From contig OX597825.1 of assembly GCA_951406725.2 (NCBI GenBank), positions 26,040,001 through 26,104,000 of the forward strand: DNA of 64,000 nt, read 5' to 3'. Positions within the stretch are counted from its first letter, which is position 1. The number at the start of each line of letters is the position of its first letter. The DNA is from Octopus vulgaris. Taxonomy: Eukaryota. Shown piece after piece: positions 45,625 through 62,769 of the stretch. The translations under genes and the position numbers were made by a program. The notes under the pieces were generated by a model. The model did not search any database and was not told the DNA's origin. It saw only the letters and a program-made list of their open reading frames with translations.

Positions 45625-45625
<1 letters not shown>
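44971..45625 (-). mobile_element. RTE-clade LINE 3' fragment inserted in (TA)n
   Basis: QRAMERSMLGISLR...KFRWAGHVARLTDNQWT...WYP...KRPLGRPPRRW is the RTE ORF2 C-terminus; upstream EYVYLRQ relic; stops and frameshifts; (TA)n on both sides. Confidence 0.88.
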
Positions 45626-45718
<93 letters not shown>

Positions 45719-45817
45719 GTAAGTATATATATATATATGGGTGTGTGTCTAACGTATAAATATATGGTATATACATTTATTTATACAATGCTTTCTATTA
45801 TATCCATAAAGCCAGCA

Positions 45818-45894
<77 letters not shown>

Positions 45895-45896
<2 letters not shown>

Positions 45897-46103
45897 GCCA
45901 TGTTGATTCGCTAGCTTCTGCACGCATTTTTTTCTCTCCTTGTTTCTTTCCGTGTTTCTTTTGTGTGTACCTTTCTGTTGAAGAGCGTAGGCTCGAAACG
46001 AAAAGGACTTGTTTTATTTATATTCCTGAGCGCCATACTAATACAATTGTTTGGTTGTATTCCACCTGCCTTTGTCTTTTGTTTATTTTTATAAAGCCTC
46101 CCG

Positions 46104-46105
<2 letters not shown>
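45895..46105 (+). mobile_element. Solo PLE terminal repeat with hammerhead-like motif
   Basis: ccttt-CTGTTGA-a-GAGC-gtag-GCTC-GAAAC-g-aaaagg at 45970-46006; between (GA)n and (TA)n. Confidence 0.65.
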
Positions 46106-46168
<63 letters not shown>

Positions 46169-46721
46169 TATATATATAATTTATATTTATAAATTTCCAT
46201 ATAGACATATAGAGGTGTGTGCAAGAGCAATCATACTGGACGCAAGTATATATAGGCTTGCGTTGTCTTCTTTGAGAGAAATCTTAATACTTTCATAATT
46301 ATGGCTATCGAAGATGAAATCACTTACAAAATGATATTCATTCGCCAAGACAGTCGCACAATTCATTAATATTCGTGATATTTTCCCAAACAAGAAACAA
46401 ATGAACATTAGACGAAAGTATCTCAAATAGGAACTGGGATTTATAGCAGTCAATATTTTGGTTAATATTCATAAATTTTCCTGAGTTGTTATTCAGCAAA
46501 ATGTTATATAATATCTTATGAAATACAATCTTATATAAGTGTATGTGTGTGTATTTTTCTCTGTGTATACGAGCGTATATATATGTTAGAGCTTGGTATA
46601 TACTTCCTTAGGTCAGTTATACTGATATCATATATTTACTAGATCAGTCTTGCCTTCCATCATTTTGGAGTTGGTAAAAAGTATCATACGAGGGGCAAAG
46701 AGTATTGTTTAGACGACCGAC

Positions 46722-46776
<55 letters not shown>

Positions 46777-47402
46777 CGTGTGTGTGTCTGTGTGTGCGAG
46801 CGCGCCTGTGTGTGTAAATGCTTGGGCATGTATGTGTGCGTGCGCTCGTGAGTGTGTGCGTGTGTGTGCGAGTATGTATGAATGTGTGCGTTTGTGTTGG
46901 TTCAGGTTATGAACACGATTTTGCCTATAATCGAGTTACCGACATTTGTTTATAACAGTATATTTAACATTGGACTCACAAATATATGCTCAACACAGAT
47001 AATCTATGAGATATTTTTGTGACATAATACAAAACATTGTTCAGTGTCTCAACAAGAATCACGCATTTGCAGCGCTGTTCAAAACAGATTCTCAACTCGG
47101 TATATATGAGCACATCCTTAGATTTAATTCAGAACAATGCTCCCCTGTTTCAGGTGTAAGTCTCCCCAAATATGACACCTGTTGGTTAAAAAAATCCAGC
47201 ATTTGAAACCTGTATGGGATGAATTGTTTGCATTATGTTCTTCAGGTAATTTTTGAAATACATGCTACCTTTCTTTGCCGAACAATTCGAAATATCTCAT
47301 TTATCAGGTTATTCTTCTTAGTTACAGTCTGCATTTGTTTCTACTTAGAGTGAGATGTTCATCGTGAATGGTCAAGGAACTAACATTATTTTTTAGTGGT
47401 TT

Positions 47403-47635
47403 AAGGCGGCGAGCTGGCAGAACCGCTAGCACACCAGGCGAAATGCGGAGCCGTATTTCGTCTGCCGTTACGTTCTGAGTTTAAATTCCGCTGAGGTTGA
47501 CTTTGCTTTTCATCCTTTCGGGGTCGAAAAAATTAAGTACCAGTTACGCACTGGAGTCGATGTAATCGACTTAATCCGGTTGTCTATCCTTGTTTGTTCC
47601 CTCTGTGGTTGGCCGCTTGTGGGTAGTAAAGAAAT
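47403..47635 (+). mobile_element. Full-length SINE family B with perfect 18-bp TSD
   Basis: ATTATTTTTTAGTGGTTT at 47385-47402 and 47636-47653. Confidence 0.93.
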
Positions 47636-47714
47636 ATTATTTTTTAGTGGTTTCATGAAATATTTCTTGTGCTTTGTACTGGAGACCTTATCCGTAAATT
47701 AACCCCCCCCCCCA

Positions 47715-47856
47715 TAGCACAGGTTTGGGTGGCTGTTTAAGAATCTTTGCTTCTCAAGGGTTTGGTCTTGGGACTTGGGACTACCACTCTCGATGAAAGC
47801 TGGTCAAAGCCTTGTGAGTGGATCTTGTATTCGGGAACTGAAAGAAACTTGCTTTA

Positions 47857-47935
<79 letters not shown>

Positions 47936-47952
47936 ATCTATCTATCTGTACA

Positions 47953-47990
<38 letters not shown>

Positions 47991-48044
47991 CATTACACAT
48001 ACATACGCACATATATATACATATATATGCATACATACACACGC

Positions 48045-48118
<74 letters not shown>

Positions 48119-48545
48119 GCATACATTGGCCTGCTCGCTTAGCCAGCAGGTTGACGTCATTCGAAGGCTAAAACAATGCGAACGCATTGTGACCAGCGAT
48201 GTGTAACAACATCTGATGGTCTGGTCGGTCACGTGATCACGGGATATACATACATACATATATATCTCTGTGTGTGTTTGTGTGCGTCCATGCGTGTGCA
48301 GGTGTTTGTGTGTATGTTTATTTAATATGTATGCATATATGTATGTGTGTGTGTGTCGTTGTGTTTGTGTTTATCCACCACCAAAACTGGACAACTAACG
48401 CTGGATTACGTACCCGAAAATTGTTGCTTCCGCAAAAGAGAAGGATAAAAATTATGCCAGTTTTTTTTTTTTTCAACCTATAAAAAAAGTACTGAAATCG
48501 AACCCAGGCATGATCGTAGTTCAGTGATGAAGTTAGTAAAATGAT
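47715..48545 (+). mobile_element. Old SINE family A split by microsatellite expansion and a nested RTE tail
   Basis: aaagccttgtgagtggat...aactgaaagaa 5' part and a decayed 3' part at 48330-48545. Confidence 0.55.
48126..48247 (+). mobile_element. Extreme 3' end of an RTE-like LINE
   Basis: Tail ctggtcggtcacgtgatcacgggata resembles the 44971 RTE tail (rc ctggtcggtcaaggtgctcaagctgata). Confidence 0.55.
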
Positions 48546-50383
48546 ATTAATTATTTTTATTAATCCATTACGATACTCTTATGAAGGAAGGAGGAAGTGA
48601 TCCTAATGCAGCCGTCGAAATGAAAAAGGAAAAGCTTCATGACTGTGGAAAGAAAGCGACATAAAAATGAAAATATATTCCATGAAAGACATGTAGGTAA
48701 TGAAGACAAGATAGAGGTGCAAGTTCATCGCCCATAATTCTGTCCATGTTCAGCAAGGTTTGAGGACGTAAAGAACCTATCATCAGACCAAGTGTCTGCT
48801 ATTATATTACCAAAGAACTAGGCCAGGTTATTAAAACTAAGGAGGGATGAAACCTACATTATTTTTATAATGTTGTGTGTATAAATTAATAACACATGTG
48901 ATATTTTCTTTTCATTTGTTTCTATTTTGTAAAGAAGACATTTCACAGCATATGTTGGGCTCTTGTTTATTTACTCTAATGCCAGATTATGCCATGAATA
49001 ACATTAATAACAATGGGTTTTCATATTTGTAGTCATGTATGTTACTTCTCATATTTGTTTCTTGCACTTCGTACAGTTCCTCACTCTTTTTTCCCCTCTT
49101 AATGACATATTTCCTGTAAAATGTAAATCAATATACATATAAAATAGTGTGGAAGAAATGTTGTTTTCTAGAGAAATTTGATATGCTTGTTTCAAGCTTG
49201 TTATGTACCATGTTGCATAAGGCTTTCCCGCATGCTAAGGGATATTTTGGAATATTTCCTCATATTTTTGCAGTGTTATCTTGTAATTGTAATATATAAA
49301 TAAATATATCTTCGTGAACAGGAGAATAATGTAATTTTCATGTTGTAGTTATTTTGGTAAAGGTAAATATTGATTGCAATGAAATGTCACCTACGGATGT
49401 CTCATGTGATGAATATAATTTCAATGTGGAACGCATTTTTTTCAGATATTTACGCATTTCTGGAAGGTATGAAATTCCGAACAATACTTGACTTCGAAAG
49501 AAAAGGATCGACTGTATATAATGTGTATTGATATTAGGGAAGTAATTTCAGTTGAACTTGAATCTTGAGACGTACAGATCCATCAGGAATTGTTAGAGTG
49601 TTGCAAATACAAAAAAAGAGTTATTTTTTTTTGCGGGGTAAAAGTTGTCGTTTAAATCTGTCATCACGAAACTATTTATTTGAGAAATTTCTTAATTCTT
49701 CGCTATCAGAGTAACGATATATGTGAAAAGTAAAACGAACCTTATGGTAATAAATGCTGTGAAAATTATAAAATAAACGCAAAACTTACCGACAAATGTA
49801 TGAGGAAAACATAAAGATTTTCAAACTGTACGCAATATGCACCCAGTAATGTCACTATACACTGGAAACATATCCCATTGTGTATTCTAGTTCAATAAAA
49901 AGAAAATGCAAGTAACAAAGTCACGTATATCACTAGTTCAGTGAAAACCTATAGGAATGATTTTTGAATAACATCAATAACAAGCACTATTAATTGCTGT
50001 TATTTTGAAACATTATTGGAGACCCATGGAATACATCATTGCCCAGAAATAGTATTTTCCCCCATGTATTTGATTCTTCACCGTGTGTGAATTTCAAATA
50101 TATTTTAAAATTTATATTTGTTAAATGCCTGTTACACGTTTTGCCATATTAGTTGTGTGACAGGAAACAAAATTTAAAATATAAGTAAACCAAAACTATA
50201 CTGTACCAATAATATTATTCTGATAATAATACCAATAATATCATTCTGACACTTCTTGTCTTGATGCCAATACCCTAGCGCTGACAGTGCAACCTCGTTG
50301 CAAACAATATTCGAGAGTTGTCTGATCACTGGCATGTCAATCGTGAGGCCCTTTCGAATTATATAGTATTGTCTTCTGTTCCT

Positions 50384-50620
50384 ATTTCTATTTCTTTATT
50401 GCCCACAAGGGGCTAAACATAGAGAGGACAAACAATACAGACAAACGGATTAAGTCGATTATATCGACACTAGTGCGTAATTAGTACATATTTAATCGAC
50501 CCCGAAAGGATGAAAGGCAATGTCGACCTCGGCGGAATTTGAACTCAGAACGTAACGGCAGACGAAATACCATAAAGCATTTTTCCCGTCGTGCTAACGT
50601 TTCTGCCAGCTCACCGCCTT
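50384..50620 (-). mobile_element. Full-length SINE family B
   Basis: rc of 18022-18250; flanking repeat tattgt(c/t)ttctgttcct at 50367-50383 and 50627-50643. Confidence 0.88.
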
Positions 50621-51769
50621 ATATTTTATTGTTTTCTGTTCCTGTATGATGCAAGGTAGCGAGTGTTCGTGATGATAGCGGAGGTATAATCAAAAGACCT
50701 TTCTTACCTTTCTCCATCAATTTACTATTGATATTCTTGATTGAAATATTCCTTTACGCACTGTTATGATTCTGGGAGCTGAGATTGTGCTTGTGTTAAA
50801 GTCATGTAAGGGAAATTGTAAGGGCGATAGCTTACATTTCGAAAGTTGCTAAAGTTAGGTTTCAAAGTCACCTTCCGCTGTTGGATAATCTCCATTTCTC
50901 CTTTTCTTGTTGAACAGATGAAAATGTTGCTGTTATGTTACTGTTTGATTTTCCTCGTTTTGATAAACTGCTTTTATTTTTATTTTTAAAGTTGTAGCCT
51001 TAAGAAGAAAACAAGATTCTCCAAATCTCTCAAAACGGCATACATGTACGTCCGGTTTAACATTAAAGTAAACTACATTGAAGTGTAACATGAAAGGAAG
51101 TTGTTTGACTGCTCTGAAGATATATATCAATAACATAAATTGAAAGAAACACGTCAAAACAAACCAAATGAGAGAGATTCTTAGAGATAAATGTGTAATA
51201 CTTGTTAAATTTATTTTACGTCGTATAATTAACTTAAAAAATATTCGTAGCAGTAGATAATATCTGAGGTGAATTGAGGTAAACAAACAATCGGAGCATT
51301 GTTTTTATCAACCGCAAACTGTTCCTGCCCACCCCGAATGACAAACAAATAAAACAAAAACCGTATCCTTCAGTCATGGTTTTAATATAGGAAAATGGGC
51401 TCTTTGGATTTGATACAGAAAATATGCCGGGAAATCGAATCTGGGGAGTGAGCATCGCCAGATGCAAATAATTAGTACTTGAGGAAAATGATAATTATCT
51501 AAATAAATATCTGAACTTTACTGCTCAATACTTGCAACAATTCACTAATTATGTACATGGGTACAAATGGTATATGTTTATAGATTACATGCATATATAC
51601 AGACATCACGGAAGTAATACTTCCATAAGTGAGGGTTTAATTTACTTACAAGGGGTCATCAACAACAATGGAATTTTCTAATTAATGAGCTCTAAAAATA
51701 TATTGAATTAAAAAACATATAATTGATTCGTGACTATATTCATTCTCCTACCTTTTGTTCCTTGTTAAC

Positions 51770-51926
51770 AGGCACAGGAGTGGTAAGTAGTTGCTTACCA
51801 TCCACAGGGTTCTAGGTTCAGTCCTACTGCGTGGCACCTTGGACAAGTGTCTTCTACTATAGCCTCGGGCAGACCAAAGACATGTGAGTGGATTTGGTAC
51901 AAGGAAACGGAAAGAAGCCCGTCATG

Positions 51927-51963
<37 letters not shown>

Positions 51964-52158
51964 ATGTGTATGTATATGCTTGTGTCTGTGTTTGTCCCCC
52001 CAACATCACTTGAAAACCGATGCTGGTGTGTTTATGCCCCCGTAACTTAGCGTTTCAGCAAAAGTGACCGACAGTAAAAGTATTAGGCTTACAAAGAATA
52101 AGACCTGGGGTCGATTTGCTCGACTAATGGCGGTGCTCCAGCTGAAACAAGTAAAAGA
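51770..52158 (+). mobile_element. SINE family A, near full length
   Basis: Colinear with 37065-37490, with small deletions. Confidence 0.85.
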
Positions 52159-53011
52159 TTTGAATTTTTTTTATTTTAAAATTAAGCATTTGTTCAAAGG
52201 TAATCATTATATATCACCCACGCATTTCTGTTGTTTACCAGCTTTGCATGGACGATTAAATCGATTAAATAAATATGAAGATTGTAGGCAAATACATCGT
52301 ACCAATCTCCAGAATTTACTTATATGCACAAAGACAATGGCACATACACGAGATACAAGAATCTGTGCTCGGAAGTGGAATGAATGCACGCATATGAAAT
52401 GAATATAAAATGTCTCCTCCAATATAAAAACAACAACAATCAGAACACAGCATTGAACACAACAAAAATAATAAGAATAACAGCAACAATAATAAAAACA
52501 ATAATAATCATAAATCTGAGCCTGCGTACTCATCGCCTCATATAATATTCGATGTAGTTGGGAAGAACCGGTATTCAAATCTATATCATTAAATATATCC
52601 ACAGAGCTACCTACGTCTTATTTCAGTGCCAAATATATTTCTTCATTCCCTATTACATTATCTCTGAAACCGCCGTCTTTTATATTAATTTTTTTCCTCT
52701 TATTCCTTTCTGAAGAAATCCTTTTCAGTGTCCATATTAATTATAGATAGAACTTTCATATGGGCGATTATTGCACAAAGCTTTCAAATATTATTACCAA
52801 AGGGGAGAAATATGGTTGCACTTGTATTCATATATGTGTGCCTGGTTTGTTTTTCATTTTGTGAGAGAGGCTTATCCAAACGAAACATACTCAGTTATTA
52901 ATGATGTTGTTAATAGAATAAGGGGAAAAAATATATAGTACTACAGAATTCCGTATAATTGGCATCTTTTGAACAAATTCAGTTGAATGGAAATGTGTGT
53001 GTGTGTGTGTG

Positions 53012-53142
53012 CATACATAATACATACATACATAATACATACATACATAATACATACATACATAATACATACATACATAATACATACATACATAATACAT
53101 ACATACATAATACATACACACATAATACATACATACATACAT
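53012..53142. repeat. 15-bp minisatellite (CATACATAATACATA)n, about 8 units
   Basis: Direct inspection; derived from (CATA)n. Confidence 0.9.
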
Positions 53143-53643
53143 ATATTTATGCTGTTATTTGCTTGTATGTACACCATTTTTTTCCACTATTTTCCCATCT
53201 AAACAAGGCAATGTGAAATTAATAGTATCGAAACGTTAGACTTTTCAGCATAATAAGATTGTAGGTTAATGATCACGTTGTTTTATATCTATATACATTG
53301 TATTTCGCACTCCAAATCACAAGTAGATTTAGGCCCAATTGTAGAGTACATTTGGCCTTAAAGAAATGGTGTTACCAATTAGACAAACAACTGTTCACTC
53401 TCAGACAAGCGTATCGTACTATTAAACATAGTTTACTTTGGTTCCAGCGCTCTAAATGAGTGTTGTTTCAAACCATTAGACGGTTTTATCTTTCGACAAA
53501 CATTTGCAATGTCAGCTGTTTAAGATGTCTCAATTGCTATGCAGTTTATAAATTACTATCAACTCGTCATATTTCTATCTGCGTCGTTCCTTATATTTAA
53601 TCGTGTATTTGCAGTATCATAAAGGAACAACGCTAAGCCTTGT

Positions 53644-53946
53644 GGAGGCACATGGCCTTGTGGTTAGAGCAGCGGACTCGCGGTCGAGGGATCGCGGGTT
53701 CGAATCTGAGACCGGACGATGTGTGCGTTTATGAGCGAAACACCTAAGCTCCACGCGGCTCCGACAGAAGGTAATGGCGAAACGTCTGCTGACTCTTCCA
53801 CCACAACTTTCTCTCACTCTTTCCTCCTGCATCTTGCAGCTTACCTTCGAGGGACCGGCGTCCCGTCTAGGTGGAGAACCTACACGCCAAGAAACCGGGA
53901 AACCGGCCCTTATGAGCCAGGCATTGCTCGAGAAAGAACAAACAAA
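53644..53946 (+). mobile_element. tRNA-derived SINE, OR2-like
   Basis: Head shared with the OR1-like copies (ggaggcacatggcc..gtggttag, gggttcgaatc) but a different 3' half; TSD-like aacaacgctaagcct / aacaatgttaagcct. Confidence 0.82.
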
Positions 53947-56445
53947 AACAATGTTAAGCCTATACAGTTGTCAATGTGGTTGATTTCGATTATGTGCTTC
54001 AAACTAGTTTATAGACAGTGATTAAACTAGATTATCCTGAAATAGCAGATAATCATGATAATCAGCAACGTACTGGATATTTTAAAGTATGAAATGATGG
54101 AAATATATTCAGATATGCCAAACGAAGAAGAAAATGGGGAAAAATATGACTAAAATCATGTTCTTCCGTATTTCTCTAAATCTACGCCATCAGATAAATA
54201 CATTTTGCAACTTTAATTTAATGGTCCTTAGGAAAAGTTCCTACAAATTTGAATGTCTATATTTGTTCGCTAAAAAAATGTTAAACAAAGGTGAATCACA
54301 TATTTTATATTTCATCTTTTACTTGTTTCAGTCTTTCGACTGCGGTCAAATGACTGAAACTTATTCAATACAGATTCTCGGAATGTTATTCATTTCATTT
54401 TTAATAATTTATTGATGCATCATTTTTACTGTTATTGCTTTGTAGGTGGTTTCTTCACATGTTTTAAAGGTGATATGCAATACTTCAAGGCTGTGTGTTC
54501 TAACCTCAAACGACCTCCTCCCTCTTTTTACCAGAAATTGAATCTGTTTTTATGAAATTATGCAAGTGATGTCAACATCTTAGATATTTGAATATTTACA
54601 GAATAGTTTTCCTCAACAGATCTGTTGAGTATCAACATATTAGTAAGTAATAACGCTGCAAATGGATTGTGGAATAGTTCTTGTTATAAGTGTAAGGCGC
54701 TGATAGCCATATATCTTTAAAGTCAAGTATATTTTCCTTTATTCTATCTTTCTTTGTACTAATACATTTGTATAGGATATATTCGTCATTGCCTTGATAT
54801 TTATCGCACTTATTTTGTGGGACAAACCGGAGAGAGAATCAAATCACTCAACCATTTAGTGTTTGCGGAACAGTTTTCCCACATTCCAGGAATAAATATG
54901 AACATTTATTTTGGTTAAAGTCCAACGTCATATTAGCGGAAAATGTTGTCATTAAATAGAGCTGCTATTCAGGATGTTAAATATAGATCTTCTACAAAGA
55001 AATTATGGGTAATATTAGCTTCTCTTGCTTTTATAATTCCAGGAACACGGGCAGTAAGATTCCGAAAAGGAAATGACAGAGTGGATTTAGGACAAAAAGT
55101 GTGTTTGTATGCCTATATGAATTTCACCATAAAACTGCTGAATGAAACAGATATGTGAATTCGCATAGACAGTTTGGAAGTGGTTAGCGAGGAATATTTT
55201 TTCATAGATGTTGCATGAGTTCTGGTTTATTAATAGTCATGCAGATATACATTCATTAGAGTACTACAATAAAGTGTTATAAGTTACAATGTCTCTATAT
55301 AAATTTGTGCTAAGCCTATGTTTGAAAAAATGACCTGGAAAATATATGGAAAAATTCTATATTGCACAGCCAAGTAAATGAAGGAAAGGGAGCTCGGAGA
55401 AAGCAAACAAACTCATGTTTCCTGTATGAATGCATAATTGATTATATATACATAAATATTCATGGCTTCATAAATGAAACTACACAAACACAAACACACA
55501 CACACACATACACACACACTCAAGTTAACAGACTTAAAATCAGATATATACACGCGTACACTCTTAGACACGAATACTCATACAAACGTATACGTATATA
55601 GACCTATATATGCGCTGCAGTTGTGTATGAAATTTCATTGGCAACTTATTTTCCTCTCTGAGTTTCAATATATATCAACTATTGTATTCAGTTATTTACT
55701 GCCACTCACAAAATAATGTATAAAACATTACTAGAATAACTCCACAGATTAATGACTAGTAAAACATTTTCAAAAACATCAGATGTGTTCATTGTAAAAA
55801 ACGCCAGCCATATAAATTCTTTTATATCGTTGGAGAACAAGAAATGAGATTTTAAATGTTTTTTTTTTTTTGGTTTTGAAAGGTACAACATCTATAAATC
55901 TTTGAAAAATATTGTTTGACCGTCGTTATTTGATTGAGATATATGGAGCTTGTAAGGAGTTGCAATTTATAAATTAGTTTTAACTTCAAAACCACAATTC
56001 ATGATTCGAAGATCGGAACGGGTCATTAAATTTAGCTGCGCTGTGACAAATGAAAGAAGAGGAAAATATGTTTTAAATAATGAAAAAAAAAAAGAGACAC
56101 TAAAATCAGAAGCGATGATTCCGAAAATGAAAAAGACATAAATAAAAAAGAAAACACCGCAAGAAATCAATAATTCATCGGAACTAATACTCCATTGTAA
56201 TCTAGTAAGATATTGTTTTGTTATATTTGTTAAAAATTAGTTTGCAATATATTTTTGAATTAACCGCTGAATTTCAAACGCTAAAACCGTCTTTGCTCTC
56301 TGGAGTGTAGACAAGATATATAGTAATGTTCTATACAATAATTATCCCGATCTATAAATGCTCTATCACTAGGGCTTGGTATTTAGAGCTAGAATACTGG
56401 TCACTACTGTCTAATCTCGAATAGGTTACCCTATCTAAATTCAAG

Positions 56446-56502
<57 letters not shown>

Positions 56503-56524
56503 GTTAAAAACAACCTTAGATTTT

Positions 56525-56996
56525 TATTATATAGACAGAGAACACAACTGGAAAATAGACAGAGAACACCACCGGCAAAATACAAAAACTAAAAGAGCAG
56601 CACATATGCTACGACACAACAACCTTCCAAGCAGACCGAGTGCAGATATGAGCATCATATGGGAACCGGTATTAAGGAAGGATAGAAAAATATTAGATTT
56701 ATAAGCCCTAAAATTCACTCCATAGTTGCCCATGGGAATATGGCGTAGTGGTTAAGATCGCGGGCTACTAACCCCAAGATTCCAAGATTCCGAGTGACCT
56801 GAACAACAACAACAATGATAACACCGAAAAATACTTTAGGAATGAGAACCCAGGTTCAAAATTTCACTAAGACATCCGAAGGAGACTGGAGGATATATTA
56901 GCCGAAACGTTGTGTTACCAACAAACAAGATGAGGACAAATATCCGTCGAATGTAAATAATGTACATACTTCCTCATCTCTTAAATATAGAACTGA
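56525..56996 (+). mobile_element. PLE 3' end: endonuclease C-terminus, tRNA-derived segment, hammerhead-like motif
   Basis: IDREHNWKI...AAHMLRHNNLPSRPSADMSIIWEPVLRK; A-box TGGCGTAGTGG at 56741; gacat-CCGAAGG-...-gcc-GAAACGTT-gtgtt at 56871-56916. Confidence 0.62.
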
Positions 56997-57646
56997 ATCC
57001 TAGATTTACAATAAAAATATCATTTTTTTAAAATATATATAATGATATAGGAACTTTTTTCTCGTAACTGAACAACACAGCGAGCAAGGGTAAGTTACGT
57101 ATTTGAGAAGTTAGAGAGATGCAAAGAATGGAAGAAAGGTAGCGGAAGAGAGGATAAAGAGAGACAGAAAGAGAACTGCGGAGAAAATAGGCTTTTGGGA
57201 GAATAAATATAAAGTAAGTTAGAGGTAAAACATGCTACTCTAATCGATGACTGAACAAAATGAAAACATGTTGTCGTATACCAGGAGATCCTTTTGAAAC
57301 AGGTGCTGGAGCGCAAGTGTTATCATTAATGATACAACATAAACGTTATAAATTGTATCTGGCTCTAGAAAGATATGTAACTGTTTTTTATTTACATTCG
57401 AAGGAAAGGCCATTCTATGTACATGTTTATGTATTTTTAAATGCATAAACATGCAGCGTGTATTCAAATACTATTTCTGATATGCGTATATGTATATACC
57501 CAGCATATACAAACTGTATGAATACGTATGCAAGAAACCATGTGTATTCTCGTTTTGATCAAATTTTGTCGGTGGGACAATGACAGGAAATTTACTTAAC
57601 AGGCAGTATTTTTGAAAGCGATATGTTTTTATGCTTTCCTCATATT

Positions 57647-57745
57647 ATCCATCCATCCATCCATCCATCCATCCATCCATCCATCCACCCAACCACCCAT
57701 CCACCCATCCATCCTTCCATCCATCTATCCATCCATCCATCCATT
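57647..57745. repeat. (CCAT)n microsatellite
   Basis: Direct inspection. Confidence 0.95.
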
Positions 57746-58504
57746 CATTCTATACATATTGAAATATGTATGCATTTTGTGTTTCTCGATACGGTGAAGA
57801 TATCATAAAATATGGAACTACGTCTCTTTAGACACTTGTTCCCGATATTACAGTCGGGATGAGAGGGACACTAAGGTTTGGAAATAAGGTAAGTATATTT
57901 CTTCTCAATGACCTATTGATGCCCCATTTATTCCCCCATTTTCTCATTATATTGCTTCCAAATGAATAGCCAATGTCTGAACAGGGCACACGCTTATTTT
58001 CTCAATTTGTACATTGGACGAAAAAATACAAGGTATTTTTGTTTCAGTTACCTTTGTTGGTTTAAATATTTTTTTCCAACATATTTATCAACCTCGCACT
58101 GTTCACCTCTCTTAGTTATTTTTAATCTTATATTTCTTACTACAATCCAGATTGCTCTGGCAGGCACATTAAGTCACACTAAAAGGAAATATCTTGAGAA
58201 AATTCTATCAGAAAATGACAATAATAACACATATTCCTACACTTTACGGTTTGCATAACTTAAAATATCTATTACCGTCTGATTCGTATTTCTGTTACAT
58301 TGCCCAAAATGTAATTGGTCAGATTTTCATGTTCAGGGATGAAACGAAGATGACTACTAATATGAGATATTATCCGCATATCGATACACTCGTCCAGGCT
58401 TTAATATATTCTCTCCAGCATCGGTGTTATTAATTTCATGTACCCATGTGTAACCTTCTCATTGAAAAGGTCTATTTTTCATTTTTAGTTCTGTTATGAT
58501 GAAT

Positions 58505-61667
<3,163 letters not shown>

Positions 61668-62224
61668 CATTCGTATTCACCTTAACATTATACTCACCTC
61701 AACATGGCTGTCCGTTGGACACAGACACACACACATACACATATATTATGCGCGTGAAATATCCATATTTCGCATATTCAAACGAATTGGAACGTGTCAA
61801 TTCAAAGAATATACATATGAGTAATAATCTGAGACCCTGTCAGGCTGGCACGTGTTTCCTTTGAGACAACTTATTGCTTTACATACCAAACATGAATACA
61901 TATCCCAGTCTATAGCTGCCTGCTCCCTTACTTAATACGCATGCTACATATAGCATGCTTGTAGCTTATATTCTAGTGATGATTCTGTTTTCGACGGAGC
62001 TTCGATCCGATAGATGTGTGTTGCTAACATTTAATTGCTTGGAATAATTTTTAGGTTAATTCGAATCATATATGTTTAATTTCCATTAGTTTTGTCAGAG
62101 GCACAATGACGAGTATGCATTGTGAACGATACATTCGTTTACACCGACTCTAGAACATGACTTGAGTCGATCCTGGAAACACGAAAACATTTGGACAACG
62201 GTATACTTTGTATATTGTTTTTAA

Positions 62225-62420
62225 AATTTTGGCACAAGGCCAGAAATTTCGGACGTGTACGTCAGTGAAGTGCTCAACAGGGTCGACATAAATATGTCAA
62301 AGCTGAAAGGAGGAAAGACAAAGTCGACTTCGGTAGTATTTGAACTCAGATCTCAAAGACGGAAGAAATGGTACTAATCATTTTGTCCTGTGTGCTACCA
62401 ATTCTTTCAGTTCGCCGTCT
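62225..62420 (-). mobile_element. Diverged SINE family B
   Basis: tttggcacaaggcc tail and aaagtcgacttcgg...tttgaactcaga. Confidence 0.6.
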
Positions 62421-62769
62421 TCGAATACTTTTTAAATTACTACTATCTTTCAGTTTACCATTCCTTATATTGCTACTATTTCTAGTTATTTAGTGTAGTA
62501 CGATAGATGTCAATAATTTTAAACCAGCCTATAATTTGTATATTTGATATCAAATTTTCTTTTAAACTCTAATTTTAAATTCCACACTAAAACTGACATT
62601 TATTGACATCACATTGTCAGAAAATTTTTATACAAGAATTAAAATTTTTACAGCAGAAAACTTTCAGGATTTTTTATTTTTTAGGATTTTTCAAATATGA
62701 TACACACACACACACACACACACAAACAGACACACAGAGGCACACACGAGCACACGCACACGAGAGATA

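Noticed and set aside
48900-49500. Possible decayed piggyBac transposase on the minus strand
   Set aside because: Only 3-4 residue resemblances across stops and frameshifts; needs a translated HMM search.
54943-55158. 71-aa ORF with a hydrophobic stretch resembling a signal peptide
   Set aside because: Short, no family motif, and partly resembles decayed SINE sequence.
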